Source: a virus (lineage: Duplodnaviria; Caudoviricetes). From it: a DNA stretch of 64,000 nucleotides. Of the stretch, positions 27,276 to 36,274 are shown one piece after another. The stretch is from positions 1 through 64,000 of IMG/VR virus record IMGVR_UViG_3300028797_000010; one strand, 5' to 3'. The position numbers and the translations under genes were made by a program. Positions within the stretch are counted from its first letter, which is position 1, and each line of letters starts with the position of its first letter. Under the pieces are notes generated by a model. The model was given only the letters and a program-made list of their open reading frames with translations, was not told the DNA's origin and made no database searches.

Positions 27276-27454
27276 AACCATACGGACTAATAAACAGAAT
27301 TATGGCTTTTGTAGGTAAGAAAGACTATCATTGTTATGATAAAAATCATCGGAAGGTAAGTTCATGGTGGGAAGATTATTCTACACAATCAAGCCGCAGA
27401 ACAATGAAACAAAGAATTAGAAAAGCAATAGAGAAAGGAGGTAACAATGAGTAG
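27272..27454 (+). CDS. Small basic protein
   Basis: ATGA overlap; ends with an AAGGAGG junction. Confidence 0.6.
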   Translation: MKPYGLINRIMAFVGKKDYHCYDKNHRKVSSWWEDYSTQSSRRTMKQRIRKAIEKGGNNE

Positions 27455-27605
27455 TATTAACGACGTATACACAGAAGAGGAGTTGCAGTTTATGCGGCTA
27501 CAGAGAGAAGAAGAGATTCGGATGGCAAAGCAATTTATGGAAATGCCAGAAGAACATCAAAAGGTATTGGAGACGATGCTAAAAGAAAAAGGTATAACAA
27601 TATAA
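27447..27605 (+). CDS. Small hypothetical protein (52 aa)
   Basis: Manual translation MSSINDVYTEEELQF...; AAGGAGG upstream. Confidence 0.55.
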   Translation: MSSINDVYTEEELQFMRLQREEEIRMAKQFMEMPEEHQKVLETMLKEKGITI

Positions 27606-27616
27606 ATCAAACGACA

Positions 27617-27763
27617 ATGACGGCATTTGAAAAATCAAGAGGATGGAAAGATGTTGCTCACAGGCAGGCAGCAAGGTTCTATCTATATACGGAAGACCTC
27701 GCTTATTTAAGAGGTTTTTGTAATGGGTGCAAAAGTGTAATTGATAATATTGAAATACAATAA
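27617..27763 (+). CDS. Small hypothetical protein (48 aa)
   Basis: Manual translation MTAFEKSRGW... Confidence 0.4.
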   Translation: MTAFEKSRGWKDVAHRQAARFYLYTEDLAYLRGFCNGCKSVIDNIEIQ

Positions 27764-27772
27764 ATACCGACT

Positions 27773-28006
27773 ATGACAATCGCAGAAGAAAAAGCAAAGA
27801 GAGCCTACACCGACCACGAGGAATTCATTTTCCATGATAAAAGAGAAGCCTTTGTGAAAGGATATAATGAAGGCATTAAAGATTCCATCGAGAAGGCTTG
27901 CGATGTCTATTGCCTATTATGTGACACCAAGGAGTGCGAAAACTATGGCGAGTGCAGTTGGGTGAAGAAATTCGAGAAAAGACTTAGAAAAGAGGCAACC
28001 CCATGA
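27773..28006 (+). CDS. Small modular protein
   Basis: REAFVKGY.EG, EKACD.YC..C...EC. Confidence 0.65.
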   Translation: MTIAEEKAKRAYTDHEEFIFHDKREAFVKGYNEGIKDSIEKACDVYCLLCDTKECENYGECSWVKKFEKRLRKEATP

Positions 28007-28094
28007 GCAAGACCATCGACTACGGCCAACAGAACAAGGAAATGCATACTGAAACATTGGAGTTTATTAAGGAATATATAAAAATTGAATAGTT

Positions 28095-28661
28095 ATGGAT
28101 TACGAAAAATTACATAATGAAACTTTGCGTAACTTACAAGAAATGGTAAGCAAAGGAAAGATAACAGAAGCAGAAGCAAAAGGTATTTGCGCTGACTTTA
28201 TTCCAGAGAGCAAGGAAGAGAAGATAAGAACTGCAAGCGAGGACTTGGAAAAAGAGATAGAGAAATTTGCTTATTCTTTGCCGTTTGCAGCACAAGGACA
28301 GTGGCCTTATGATAAGGTTGTAAAAGTTGCCAGCCATTTCGCCCAATGGCAGAAACAGCAGATGGAAGCCTACAGGATAAAGCATTGCAATAGCATTACC
28401 AACGAGCAGGTAGAAATGGAATCTAATTTTGTTTCAAGCCATATTGATAAAAACAATAGGATGCCGACATTCTTAGACGCCATTGAATATGGTATGAAAT
28501 TACAGAGGGAACAGATGATAAAAGAGGCTGTAGAAGGAGTCTGTAGCTTGGAGTTTTGGGATGGGACAGGGGCTGTAAGAACAGCATCAGACGCAAATTT
28601 CAAGCTAAATGGATTGCATTGTGGAGACAAGGTTAAACTGATAGTTATTAAGGAGGACTAA
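28095..28661 (+). CDS. Modular protein ending GDKVKLIVIKED
   Basis: Shares SEDL.K, AQWQK, EQM.K.AV and KVKLI.IKED modules with neighbouring ORFs. Confidence 0.8.
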   Translation: MDYEKLHNETLRNLQEMVSKGKITEAEAKGICADFIPESKEEKIRTASEDLEKEIEKFAYSLPFAAQGQWPYDKVVKVASHFAQWQKQQMEAYRIKHCNSITNEQVEMESNFVSSHIDKNNRMPTFLDAIEYGMKLQREQMIKEAVEGVCSLEFWDGTGAVRTASDANFKLNGLHCGDKVKLIVIKED

Positions 28662-28664
28662 CTT

Positions 28665-28832
28665 ATGAGCATTACATTAAATAGAGACGGGTATAAGCAA
28701 GTAATAGAAGATGATATTGATTTTCTCAACAGACATTTTCCAAAAGAGTTGCAAAATCATCCGAGTTACTTTCATATCACAAGCGTATTAGAACATAGTG
28801 TTGAATACCTATATGGAAAGGAGAGGACTTAG
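28665..28832 (+). CDS. Small hypothetical protein (55 aa)
   Basis: Manual translation MSITLNRDGYKQVIEDD...; junction motifs on both sides. Confidence 0.55.
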   Translation: MSITLNRDGYKQVIEDDIDFLNRHFPKELQNHPSYFHITSVLEHSVEYLYGKERT

Positions 28833-28834
28833 TT

Positions 28835-29119
28835 ATGAGTAACAAAGAAGTTATAAATACGCTTATCTCAGATTATTCAAGACAGGCCAAGTTGTCTAAA
28901 AGAGAAAGACAGATTTATGAGCATGGCATTCTTACTGGATTTGATGTTGCTAAACAAATAATAATGACGGATACAGTACACGGAAATATTGATTATCCAT
29001 TTATAGGACATGACTTCCCTAACATATACCCAGACTATAAAGAGTTGAAGGATTATTGTGACAGACATAAAATAAAGAATGACGATAAGGTTAAACTGAT
29101 AATTTTTAAGGAGGACTGA
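28835..29119 (+). CDS. Modular protein ending DDKVKLIIFKED
   Basis: Shared C-terminal module. Confidence 0.75.
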   Translation: MSNKEVINTLISDYSRQAKLSKRERQIYEHGILTGFDVAKQIIMTDTVHGNIDYPFIGHDFPNIYPDYKELKDYCDRHKIKNDDKVKLIIFKED

Positions 29120-29122
29120 TAT

Positions 29123-29452
29123 ATGGCAAAAGAAACATTAGAAGCTATGGAGGCTTGTGAGCCGCAGGCAAATCTATATATGGCCGCAGAAGAATATGCG
29201 GAAGAGAAAGCATACGATTTTAAGGGCTTCAGCGATGATGAAGACTATAAAGAATTGGCTGAATTGATGAAACAGGCCGTTGTTTATGGTGCGCATTGGA
29301 AAGAGCAGCAGATGATGAAGGATGCAGTCCCAGGAAGAATATCAGTAAACAGATTTGGAAACAAAGTTGTTTCTTCGCGGCCTGGTATTCAACAGCTTCA
29401 ACTGCTGCATACTTATGATAAAGTAAAACTGATAATCATTAAGGAGGACTGA
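29123..29452 (+). CDS. Modular protein ending YDKVKLIIIKED
   Basis: GAHWKEQQMMKDAV and the shared C-terminal module. Confidence 0.78.
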   Translation: MAKETLEAMEACEPQANLYMAAEEYAEEKAYDFKGFSDDEDYKELAELMKQAVVYGAHWKEQQMMKDAVPGRISVNRFGNKVVSSRPGIQQLQLLHTYDKVKLIIIKED

Positions 29453-29454
29453 AG

Positions 29455-29679
29455 ATGCGAATCGTGATAGATTATAATGGTTCAAAGGTAATATGTCGAG
29501 TAACGCATTATCTTAACGAGAACAATCCACACTACAATGACTATACAGAGTTTACAAAGGTGGATGACGATGTGTATCAGTTAATTTTTGCAGCTTTCGG
29601 TAAGCTTGCCGATGAACTCAAAAAGAATCTGAGAAAAACCAAACTGGATGAATGGAAATATGTGGAATCACAGAAATAA
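29455..29679 (+). CDS. Small hypothetical protein
   Basis: Flanked by AAGGAGGACTGA junctions. Confidence 0.65.
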   Translation: MRIVIDYNGSKVICRVTHYLNENNPHYNDYTEFTKVDDDVYQLIFAAFGKLADELKKNLRKTKLDEWKYVESQK

Positions 29680-29691
29680 GGAGGACTGATT

Positions 29692-30126
29692 ATGACAGAC
29701 AAAGAGAAAATAAGAGCCGAGATTGAAAAGAAAATAAAAATGCTATCTCCCTTTACTCATCAAGGAAGTGACACTTGTGGCAAAGTTATAAGACAATTAG
29801 AAAGTCTTGTTAGCTTTATTAACTCCCTTCCAGAAGAGCCTATAAGCGAGGATTTGGACAAAGCCGCACAAAAGTATGCTAATTCTGAGTATGACCGCAA
29901 GAAACCTGCAACTTTACCAGATAAATGTAGAGGTTGTTATGCACCAATTATGTATGCTTTCAATGCTGGTGCTCAATGGCAAAAAAGCAAACTTGTCACA
30001 TGGCTTACAAGAGAGTCTGACTTCTTAATCCAAGAACTACAGAAAGGTAATAAGGCTTATGGGCTGCCAGAGCAGTACAGGGCACAGTTGTACAAGGAAA
30101 TTGCTAACAAGTTAAAGGAGGAATAG
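29692..30126 (+). CDS. Modular protein
   Basis: MTDKEKIRAEIE, SEDLDKAA, AFNAGAQWQK. Confidence 0.78.
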   Translation: MTDKEKIRAEIEKKIKMLSPFTHQGSDTCGKVIRQLESLVSFINSLPEEPISEDLDKAAQKYANSEYDRKKPATLPDKCRGCYAPIMYAFNAGAQWQKSKLVTWLTRESDFLIQELQKGNKAYGLPEQYRAQLYKEIANKLKEE

Positions 30127-30137
30127 CGTATTTGATT

Positions 30138-30290
30138 ATGGAAATTACAAAATATTTGTGCGAGTTCTTTTTCACGGATTTTTGGCATTGGTTAGGCTTG
30201 GTTGTTGCTCTTTATACGGTCGGATTCCACACTGTCATTATTAAAAAGGACAACCAGATTACAAGCAAAGAAAACGCAAAAGAAAAGTAA
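30138..30290 (+). CDS. Small membrane protein (50 aa)
   Basis: Manual translation MEITKYLCEFFFTDFWHWLGLVVALY... Confidence 0.55.
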   Translation: MEITKYLCEFFFTDFWHWLGLVVALYTVGFHTVIIKKDNQITSKENAKEK

Positions 30291-30291
30291 T

Positions 30292-30534
30292 ATGAAGAAA
30301 CTGATATTATTGGCACTTACAGCTGTCATGATGGCTGGGTGTTATGACCAAAAAGATGTTGTCGCTTCTATTGAAGATGGTGATTTTGAAGTCTTTGAGT
30401 TTGATAGTTGTGAATATGTAATTAGATTAATTCCATATAAGGGGTTTCTTGCCCACAAAGGCAACTGTCGCTTTTGCAAGGAACGTAGGCAGAAGGAGTT
30501 GGAAGAATTAGTTATAAGGATTAAAGAGAAGTGA
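30292..30534 (+). CDS. Small lipoprotein
   Basis: MKKLILLALTAVMMAG-C lipobox; AHKGNC.FC motif. Confidence 0.75.
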   Translation: MKKLILLALTAVMMAGCYDQKDVVASIEDGDFEVFEFDSCEYVIRLIPYKGFLAHKGNCRFCKERRQKELEELVIRIKEK

Positions 30535-30535
30535 T

Positions 30536-30721
30536 ATGGCAAAGAAACTAAAGTACAAAGACCTCGTAAGGAAACTAAAGCCCTTTGAGAATGACGAGAT
30601 AGTAATGGTGGCTTCAAGAAGCGAGGTGTCTTTCTTTGACAAGGAAGGTATGTTTAGGATAGTCCATCTGTTAGAGTTAGAGAATGAAGAGCATTGCTTT
30701 GCAACTGAGATTAAAGATTAG
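30536..30721 (+). CDS. Small hypothetical protein
   Basis: 61-aa ORF in a tight run. Confidence 0.6.
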   Translation: MAKKLKYKDLVRKLKPFENDEIVMVASRSEVSFFDKEGMFRIVHLLELENEEHCFATEIKD

Positions 30722-30726
30722 TGATT

Positions 30727-30852
30727 ATGATTAAATTGTCAGAATTAGGATGGCCGCCAGCAATTGCATTCCTTGTGGTGATGCTTGTACTTAGCGCACT
30801 GGCTATATGGTGGCTTGTGAGAGAACATGGAAGACGTAACAAACCCTTTTAA
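30727..30852 (+). CDS. Single-pass membrane peptide (41 aa)
   Basis: Manual translation with an AIAFLVVMLVLSALAIWWLV helix. Confidence 0.5.
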   Translation: MIKLSELGWPPAIAFLVVMLVLSALAIWWLVREHGRRNKPF

Positions 30853-30863
30853 TTTATAAAGTT

Positions 30864-33044
30864 ATGGAAGTAAATGGAAATGTAATTACCCTTGAGGCTG
30901 GTGAAGAAATTACCATCAAGGCAAAGAAAAAAGACGTACAGCCGCAGCCAGAGCCGCAACCGCAGCCGTCAGGCAAGTACCTGTCTTTCTCTGAACTGTT
31001 GGCACAGATGAACGCTGTGCTAAAAAACTTTGGGTTTAAGGAGGTATCCAAGTCGGGGACTCCTAAGACCTACGACTATCTTGTTAATGCGGACAAAATG
31101 GCGAGCGCTGCTTGGGATGACACGGATTCTTGGATGTGGAAAAAAGACTCCTACAAGGAAATCTACGACTACCACGGCACGGACAAGACCTACAAGTACG
31201 AGGCCGCCAACTGCCTTGGTGCGTCGCTTATGGCGTCATGCCTTGCCGAACTCTGTCCTACAAGCGGTGAGAAGACCAACTGTCAGACAGAGCTTTTCAA
31301 GCTGGCCTACGAAATCGGTGGTGGCAGGGCTGTGCCTATCACGGGCTTGGATATGCACTGCGACCCGATGATTGCAAGAAACGTCGCTTGTGCGCTATAC
31401 TCCACTTTGCACAAGCAATACACATGGGCACAGATTGATGCCATGCGCAAGGAACTTGGTGGCAAGGCCATCAACGCCAGCGACTGGAACGGTCTCGGCT
31501 ACAAGGGCGACGATGGAGCGATGACTTATCTTGGGTATATTGTGAATACGGACGCTATCATTCCTGCCGCCGCTGGCTGGTTTGCCGATGGTTGCGATAA
31601 CGGACGGGTAAAACCTTGGGAAGAGGGACAGCCAAAGGACAAGTTCCTGCTCGGTGACTATTCCAAGCCTTGGTATAAGTACAACTATAATGATGATGTA
31701 GTCTGCGATAGAATAATCACCTCCGACTACAACATGCAGGCGCAGACAACGCTTGAAGAGTGGAACAGTTACACAAAAGAGAAAAAGCAACTTATTATTC
31801 AGGCATCTGCCGCCGTTCGTGCAACAGACCATTTCTTCTTTGGCAAGAAATATGTCAAGTTTGACGGCATTCACATGGGTAGTCGGGCTGGTAACAACAA
31901 GGAATACCAGTATTTCTGGTTCAGCGAAACTAACGAGAAGCCCACCGCCACAAATGATGTCTTTGAGATTCGCGGATGCTTCTACGATTTGGAGGATAAG
32001 ATGTTTGTAGGTTCGGGTTACGGCACGCCTACGGACGCGTTGAAGTATATGAGCACAGTTATGAAGATTGCTGATAATGGTAGAGCGGCAACGGTTGATA
32101 ACCAATATGGCCGTGTAAGACCTTGCGGTGGTCAGAAGATGCCAACCGATGCCCGTAGCGAAATCAAGGGCGATAAGCTTAATGCCATCTACAACGTTGA
32201 CATTAGCTGTATCTTCGCAGATGATGAGGCACAATACAACAAGTGCTACAACACAAGCGGCTTTGTCTACGAGTTCCCGCGTTCGTATGTCAGTGGTCAC
32301 ACCACACAGACATGGGTAGGGGCAATGCTATTGGCACAGATGAACCCCAGCACGCTACAGAAGTACTGGGAAGGTGCTTGCATGGTCGCAACAAGTCGCA
32401 ACATTACTCGTTACCATTGGCTATCTGACGTTATCTATGGGCGTATGATTGGCTGTATGATTGTGCCCATTATTAACGCTATGTCGGGCTTGCAAAGTGG
32501 TTTTGACAAGGCGAAAGACATCGTTAATGGCGTAACACCTGTCCCGACACCAAGCGGTAAGACTCCAGCTACGGTCATATCTTTCAAATTCAAGATTAAG
32601 AACAACAAAAAAGAGTCCGTGACCATTGACGATAATGTAAACTTTGTACTCGCAAACCCCGACAAGAACGGATTCTATTATGGTGGCAAGGACGGCACTC
32701 CGTATATAGGCTGGTACAACAGATGGAAGACACCTCTTGTGGGTAACGGCAAGAAGATTACTATTGCCGCTGGAAAGGAGGCTACGTTCACACTGAAGCC
32801 GAGCGAAAGCAGTAACATCTTCAATGCCGACGGCTCGCTTTACGGTAACAATGTTATTAACGGCTTTGGCGGGCGAAATCTTGTAAGCAAGGCAGACATG
32901 GACAAGAACGGTTGGAACAAGGACAGAGGCTATACCAACGTCCTCTTGTATCAGGACGGCTATTCGAACAAGGTCGTGCCAGAGTTCATGGACGCCGACG
33001 TTGTGTTTGTTCAGGGTAATACCTACACGGCAATAATCAAATAG
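30864..33044 (+). CDS. PAP2/class A acid phosphatase (haloperoxidase superfamily) protein with extra domains
   Basis: GRVRP, PRSYVSGHT and SRNITRYHWLSD match the three PAP2 motifs; the N-terminal half looks like a degenerate second copy; beta-rich C-terminus. Confidence 0.82.
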   Translation: MEVNGNVITLEAGEEITIKAKKKDVQPQPEPQPQPSGKYLSFSELLAQMNAVLKNFGFKEVSKSGTPKTYDYLVNADKMASAAWDDTDSWMWKKDSYKEIYDYHGTDKTYKYEAANCLGASLMASCLAELCPTSGEKTNCQTELFKLAYEIGGGRAVPITGLDMHCDPMIARNVACALYSTLHKQYTWAQIDAMRKELGGKAINASDWNGLGYKGDDGAMTYLGYIVNTDAIIPAAAGWFADGCDNGRVKPWEEGQPKDKFLLGDYSKPWYKYNYNDDVVCDRIITSDYNMQAQTTLEEWNSYTKEKKQLIIQASAAVRATDHFFFGKKYVKFDGIHMGSRAGNNKEYQYFWFSETNEKPTATNDVFEIRGCFYDLEDKMFVGSGYGTPTDALKYMSTVMKIADNGRAATVDNQYGRVRPCGGQKMPTDARSEIKGDKLNAIYNVDISCIFADDEAQYNKCYNTSGFVYEFPRSYVSGHTTQTWVGAMLLAQMNPSTLQKYWEGACMVATSRNITRYHWLSDVIYGRMIGCMIVPIINAMSGLQSGFDKAKDIVNGVTPVPTPSGKTPATVISFKFKIKNNKKESVTIDDNVNFVLANPDKNGFYYGGKDGTPYIGWYNRWKTPLVGNGKKITIAAGKEATFTLKPSESSNIFNADGSLYGNNVINGFGGRNLVSKADMDKNGWNKDRGYTNVLLYQDGYSNKVVPEFMDADVVFVQGNTYTAIIK

Positions 33045-33048
33045 GCAC

Positions 33049-33804
33049 ATGGAAAAAGCAATGATTGGACTGAGCGAGTCTTCGGTTGTCGAGGATGATG
33101 TCATCAAACGCATCCGAACCACTGGCGTCCGTGGACTTAGCTTCGAGAATGCGAAGGAGTTGGGATTCTTTACAAGGATTTCCAACCTCCTTTGTGTAAC
33201 GCATGCCGCCATTATGGCAGCCAACCGCGTGTATGGAGGCGTAGACTATCTGTTGTCGGAGTTCGGTGGGCGTCGCAACGACATAGCAAAGGCGATGAGC
33301 GACTACGAGAAAGCGTTCACTAAGTTCACGGACTTTTGGACGGGCTATTATGCGCACGGCAATGCTGGCATCGAAGTCAACGAGGAAACCGAAACGCTTT
33401 TCCGTCGCATCATGGAATGGGCACAACTGCCATACAAATGGGAACTTGGCGACCCACAGCGCATCGAAGACGACGGGCTTGACGTGGCTATACGCGTAAA
33501 TGTCGGTGACAAGCAGTACACATTCCGCAATACCGTCGTTGACGGCAAGACAGTAGGCGAGCCAAAGGAATCGTGGTGTGTGACCAAGTATGATACGAGG
33601 GAACACACTCAGACATGTGTCGAGCAGGATATGGACAAGGCATCAGCCATAATGGTCGCCAAAAGACTGTCCGCAGAAGACCGTGACAACATCTACACCG
33701 CAAGCGTGGTGCGCGACTATGTGGAAAAAAAGACGGAGGTGACGCCATTCAAGGCATACAAGGCCAACGAAACCGTAGGTAGACTTGTAAACGTTAAAAA
33801 ATAA
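33049..33804 (+). CDS. Hypothetical protein
   Basis: 251-aa ORF in an operon. Confidence 0.85.
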   Translation: MEKAMIGLSESSVVEDDVIKRIRTTGVRGLSFENAKELGFFTRISNLLCVTHAAIMAANRVYGGVDYLLSEFGGRRNDIAKAMSDYEKAFTKFTDFWTGYYAHGNAGIEVNEETETLFRRIMEWAQLPYKWELGDPQRIEDDGLDVAIRVNVGDKQYTFRNTVVDGKTVGEPKESWCVTKYDTREHTQTCVEQDMDKASAIMVAKRLSAEDRDNIYTASVVRDYVEKKTEVTPFKAYKANETVGRLVNVKK

Positions 33805-33809
33805 ACAAT

Positions 33810-34031
33810 ATGGCTGTATTATCAAACAATTGGATTCAAAATAAGGACGTTGTACGCGAAAGGGATAAAAATGCCGCCGTACGTGCCGAAAAACTTGAAG
33901 CTAAGAAAATCAAGAAAGGTTATCGGTGGGTAAGGATTGACGCGCGTACAAAAGCACTTGTGGAATGTGACAAGAATGGTCAGCCCACTAAACTTGGTTT
34001 AATGCAAATTGAAAACGTGAAGAATATGTAG
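33810..34031 (+). CDS. Small basic protein
   Basis: 73-aa ORF. Confidence 0.65.
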   Translation: MAVLSNNWIQNKDVVRERDKNAAVRAEKLEAKKIKKGYRWVRIDARTKALVECDKNGQPTKLGLMQIENVKNM

Positions 34032-34084
34032 CAAAAAACTTGTTAAAATTTCCAATATCTTTTGGTATATTTAAAATTATTGCG

Positions 34085-34092
34085 TACATTTG
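34085..34092 (+). promoter_or_regulatory. -7 promoter element (TACATTTG)
   Basis: TGTTAAA...TTTTGG.ATATTTAAAA...cgTACATTTGca. Confidence 0.75.
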
Positions 34093-34123
34093 CACCGTTG
34101 TTTAATTTAAAAGTTACAAGATT

Positions 34124-34669
34124 ATGGATATTATGTTTGAAAAAGAAGTCTGTCAATACCTTGGCATTCCGTCGATACCGTTAAAGGAATGGGATGGGAC
34201 ATCACCTTTTACAAAAGCCGTTGCCGTGCTCTCGTTGGCTTTCGGTAAGAAAGCTTATGGCGTTGCAAGGTTTGAACCTACAAAGGAAAGCGAGCCTAAC
34301 ATTGTCAAGGTGTTCAATAGCGAACCTTTTGTAGGTATCGAGAAACTGTTTGTTGTCCCAGAGTATATGGAAACAAGTGTCGAGGATGCCGACTTGGACG
34401 ATGAATCAAAGAAGAAAGCCGAGGAATTGGCACATCAAGGCGATGAAATCATCAACGCGGGCAAGCATGATGACGACAAGGCTTTGGAAAATCCCCCAAC
34501 CCCATACTATTTCGACAACATCACGTCGGACGAGGAAGCCATTGCCTTTATCGCCGCCTACAATAAAAAAAACAAGACAGGCGGGCGTGTGCCAAAGACG
34601 CATGACACAATACTTATGCGCTTGGCGGTTATCTATGCAGACCAAAAGAAAGCATCAGGTGTCGAATAA
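34124..34669 (+). CDS. Hypothetical protein
   Basis: 181-aa ORF after the promoter. Confidence 0.8.
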   Translation: MDIMFEKEVCQYLGIPSIPLKEWDGTSPFTKAVAVLSLAFGKKAYGVARFEPTKESEPNIVKVFNSEPFVGIEKLFVVPEYMETSVEDADLDDESKKKAEELAHQGDEIINAGKHDDDKALENPPTPYYFDNITSDEEAIAFIAAYNKKNKTGGRVPKTHDTILMRLAVIYADQKKASGVE

Positions 34670-34678
34670 GGGTTTGTT

Positions 34679-34825
34679 ATGGTGAATGACTACGAGTATT
34701 ATAGACTAAGGTCACAATTGGCCGTTCTAAGGGATGTGGCCTTGGTTTACCCTACGGCATCCATACAAAACGTAATACAACAATTGGATGCGAGGATAAA
34801 GAACATGGAAACAAAACAAAATTAG
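34679..34825 (+). CDS. Small hypothetical protein (48 aa)
   Basis: Manual translation MVNDYEYYRLRSQLAVL... Confidence 0.55.
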   Translation: MVNDYEYYRLRSQLAVLRDVALVYPTASIQNVIQQLDARIKNMETKQN

Positions 34826-34828
34826 TTT

Positions 34829-35512
34829 ATGGAGAAACAAAAGAAAGAAACAAAAGGTGCGATGGAACGCCGTATGCGCAATGCCATCGTGCTCGTGCCT
34901 AAAGATAAGGACTATCAAGGCGTATATTTTGACGATAAGGGCTTGAAACTTGAAGTAACGGGTGACTTTGCCATTGTTAGCACAATGTTCCACCGCCATG
35001 TTTTCAACAACATAACGTCACAAGGTGTATCAAGGCCATTTATCTATGTGCGTCGTTTCATCGAAATAGCCTTGGAAAACGATTGTACTATCAAGGATGC
35101 ACAAGGTAACGTGACACGTTCTTATGCAAAGCTGCTTGATGTGCTTAACAACAAAGAGGACAAGTTGGAATTCAACGTTTGTTGGTACGTCGACTTGTGG
35201 CTTAACAATATATGGCAACCATTGTTTGGAATTGGTGAAACGGAAGCCGAATCGTTCCTTGTCCATGAAACCTACTTGCACAATATTGCACGTAACAAGG
35301 TGATACTGTCGGAAAAGGTTGAAGACATTACCAACGTCGGGTTCGTCAACGAGGTTTGTGAATCGATGAAGAAAATGACCGAAGGTTGGAAAACACATGT
35401 GATTTTCCCAAAGAAAACCGACGAGGAAAAGGCCAAGGAAAACATCGATGCTATCCAAGACGCCATCGTTGATGCAACATTAAAGGAAAACGCCGAGAAA
35501 GATGGAAACTAA
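34829..35512 (+). CDS. Hypothetical protein
   Basis: 227-aa ORF. Confidence 0.8.
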   Translation: MEKQKKETKGAMERRMRNAIVLVPKDKDYQGVYFDDKGLKLEVTGDFAIVSTMFHRHVFNNITSQGVSRPFIYVRRFIEIALENDCTIKDAQGNVTRSYAKLLDVLNNKEDKLEFNVCWYVDLWLNNIWQPLFGIGETEAESFLVHETYLHNIARNKVILSEKVEDITNVGFVNEVCESMKKMTEGWKTHVIFPKKTDEEKAKENIDAIQDAIVDATLKENAEKDGN

Positions 35513-35666
35513 TGAATATGAAATGTTAAGCGTTTCCGAGGTCGCAAAGCGGCAAGGGACTTCCAAGCAGACGATTTATAACCAAATCAAGTCTGGCTTG
35601 TGGGAAACTATGACCTACCAACGTGGCAAATACAAGGGAATCTTGGTTAAGTACCCCAAAAAATAA
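35502..35666 (+). CDS. Excisionase/MerR-like small HTH protein (54 aa)
   Basis: Not in track; MLSVSEVAKRQGTSKQTIYNQIKSG. Confidence 0.75.
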   Translation: METNEYEMLSVSEVAKRQGTSKQTIYNQIKSGLWETMTYQRGKYKGILVKYPKK

Positions 35667-35672
35667 GATGTT

Positions 35673-36095
35673 ATGGCATATAAGGTCATGGATGCCATCA
35701 AACGGCGTATCAAGGAAAATTGGGAGGTGGCTTGCAATAGCTACCTCCTTGAGCTTTGCAACATGTGGGATTTAGACCCAGCAAATGGCTGGTTTGTTGG
35801 AGACGAAGTCGGTGACGTTTGGTGCTACGGTGACAATATCTTTATTGGTTTCGACGATATGCGCTACGTTGTAGAGAATGATGTTTCCTATGAAACCTAC
35901 CAAGACTGGCAGGAATATTGTGTTTGGGCTACCGAATTTAATCAAGACACACCAAATCTTAACGCATGGTGCAAAGGCTGTCCTCGTGTTGACGAAGAAA
36001 CACAAAAGAAACTTTCTGCCATGAAAAGCGATTTGATTAAGGCGTGTTTAGACGAAAAAGAAAAGATAAAAAATGGCAAGGAAAAACCGTACTAA
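35673..36095 (+). CDS. Hypothetical protein
   Basis: Trp-rich conserved-looking phage protein (DDMRYVVEN...W.EY). Confidence 0.75.
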   Translation: MAYKVMDAIKRRIKENWEVACNSYLLELCNMWDLDPANGWFVGDEVGDVWCYGDNIFIGFDDMRYVVENDVSYETYQDWQEYCVWATEFNQDTPNLNAWCKGCPRVDEETQKKLSAMKSDLIKACLDEKEKIKNGKEKPY

Positions 36096-36273
36096 AACAA
36101 AAGCGAGAAAGCGCGTAAAGGGTAAGGTAAAACTTACCCAACGTGCTCGTATCGTTGAAAAGAACGATGCTACACGTGTTGCACGAACCGACACGACATC
36201 ATACCCACGTATGCAAGCACAAATGCCAAGAAGTCTTGCCCCAACATTTAAGATTAAAATAAAAAGAAAATAA
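36073..36273 (+). CDS. Small Lys/Arg-rich protein
   Basis: 66-aa highly basic ORF. Confidence 0.55.
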   Translation: MARKNRTKTKARKRVKGKVKLTQRARIVEKNDATRVARTDTTSYPRMQAQMPRSLAPTFKIKIKRK

Positions 36274-36274
36274 C

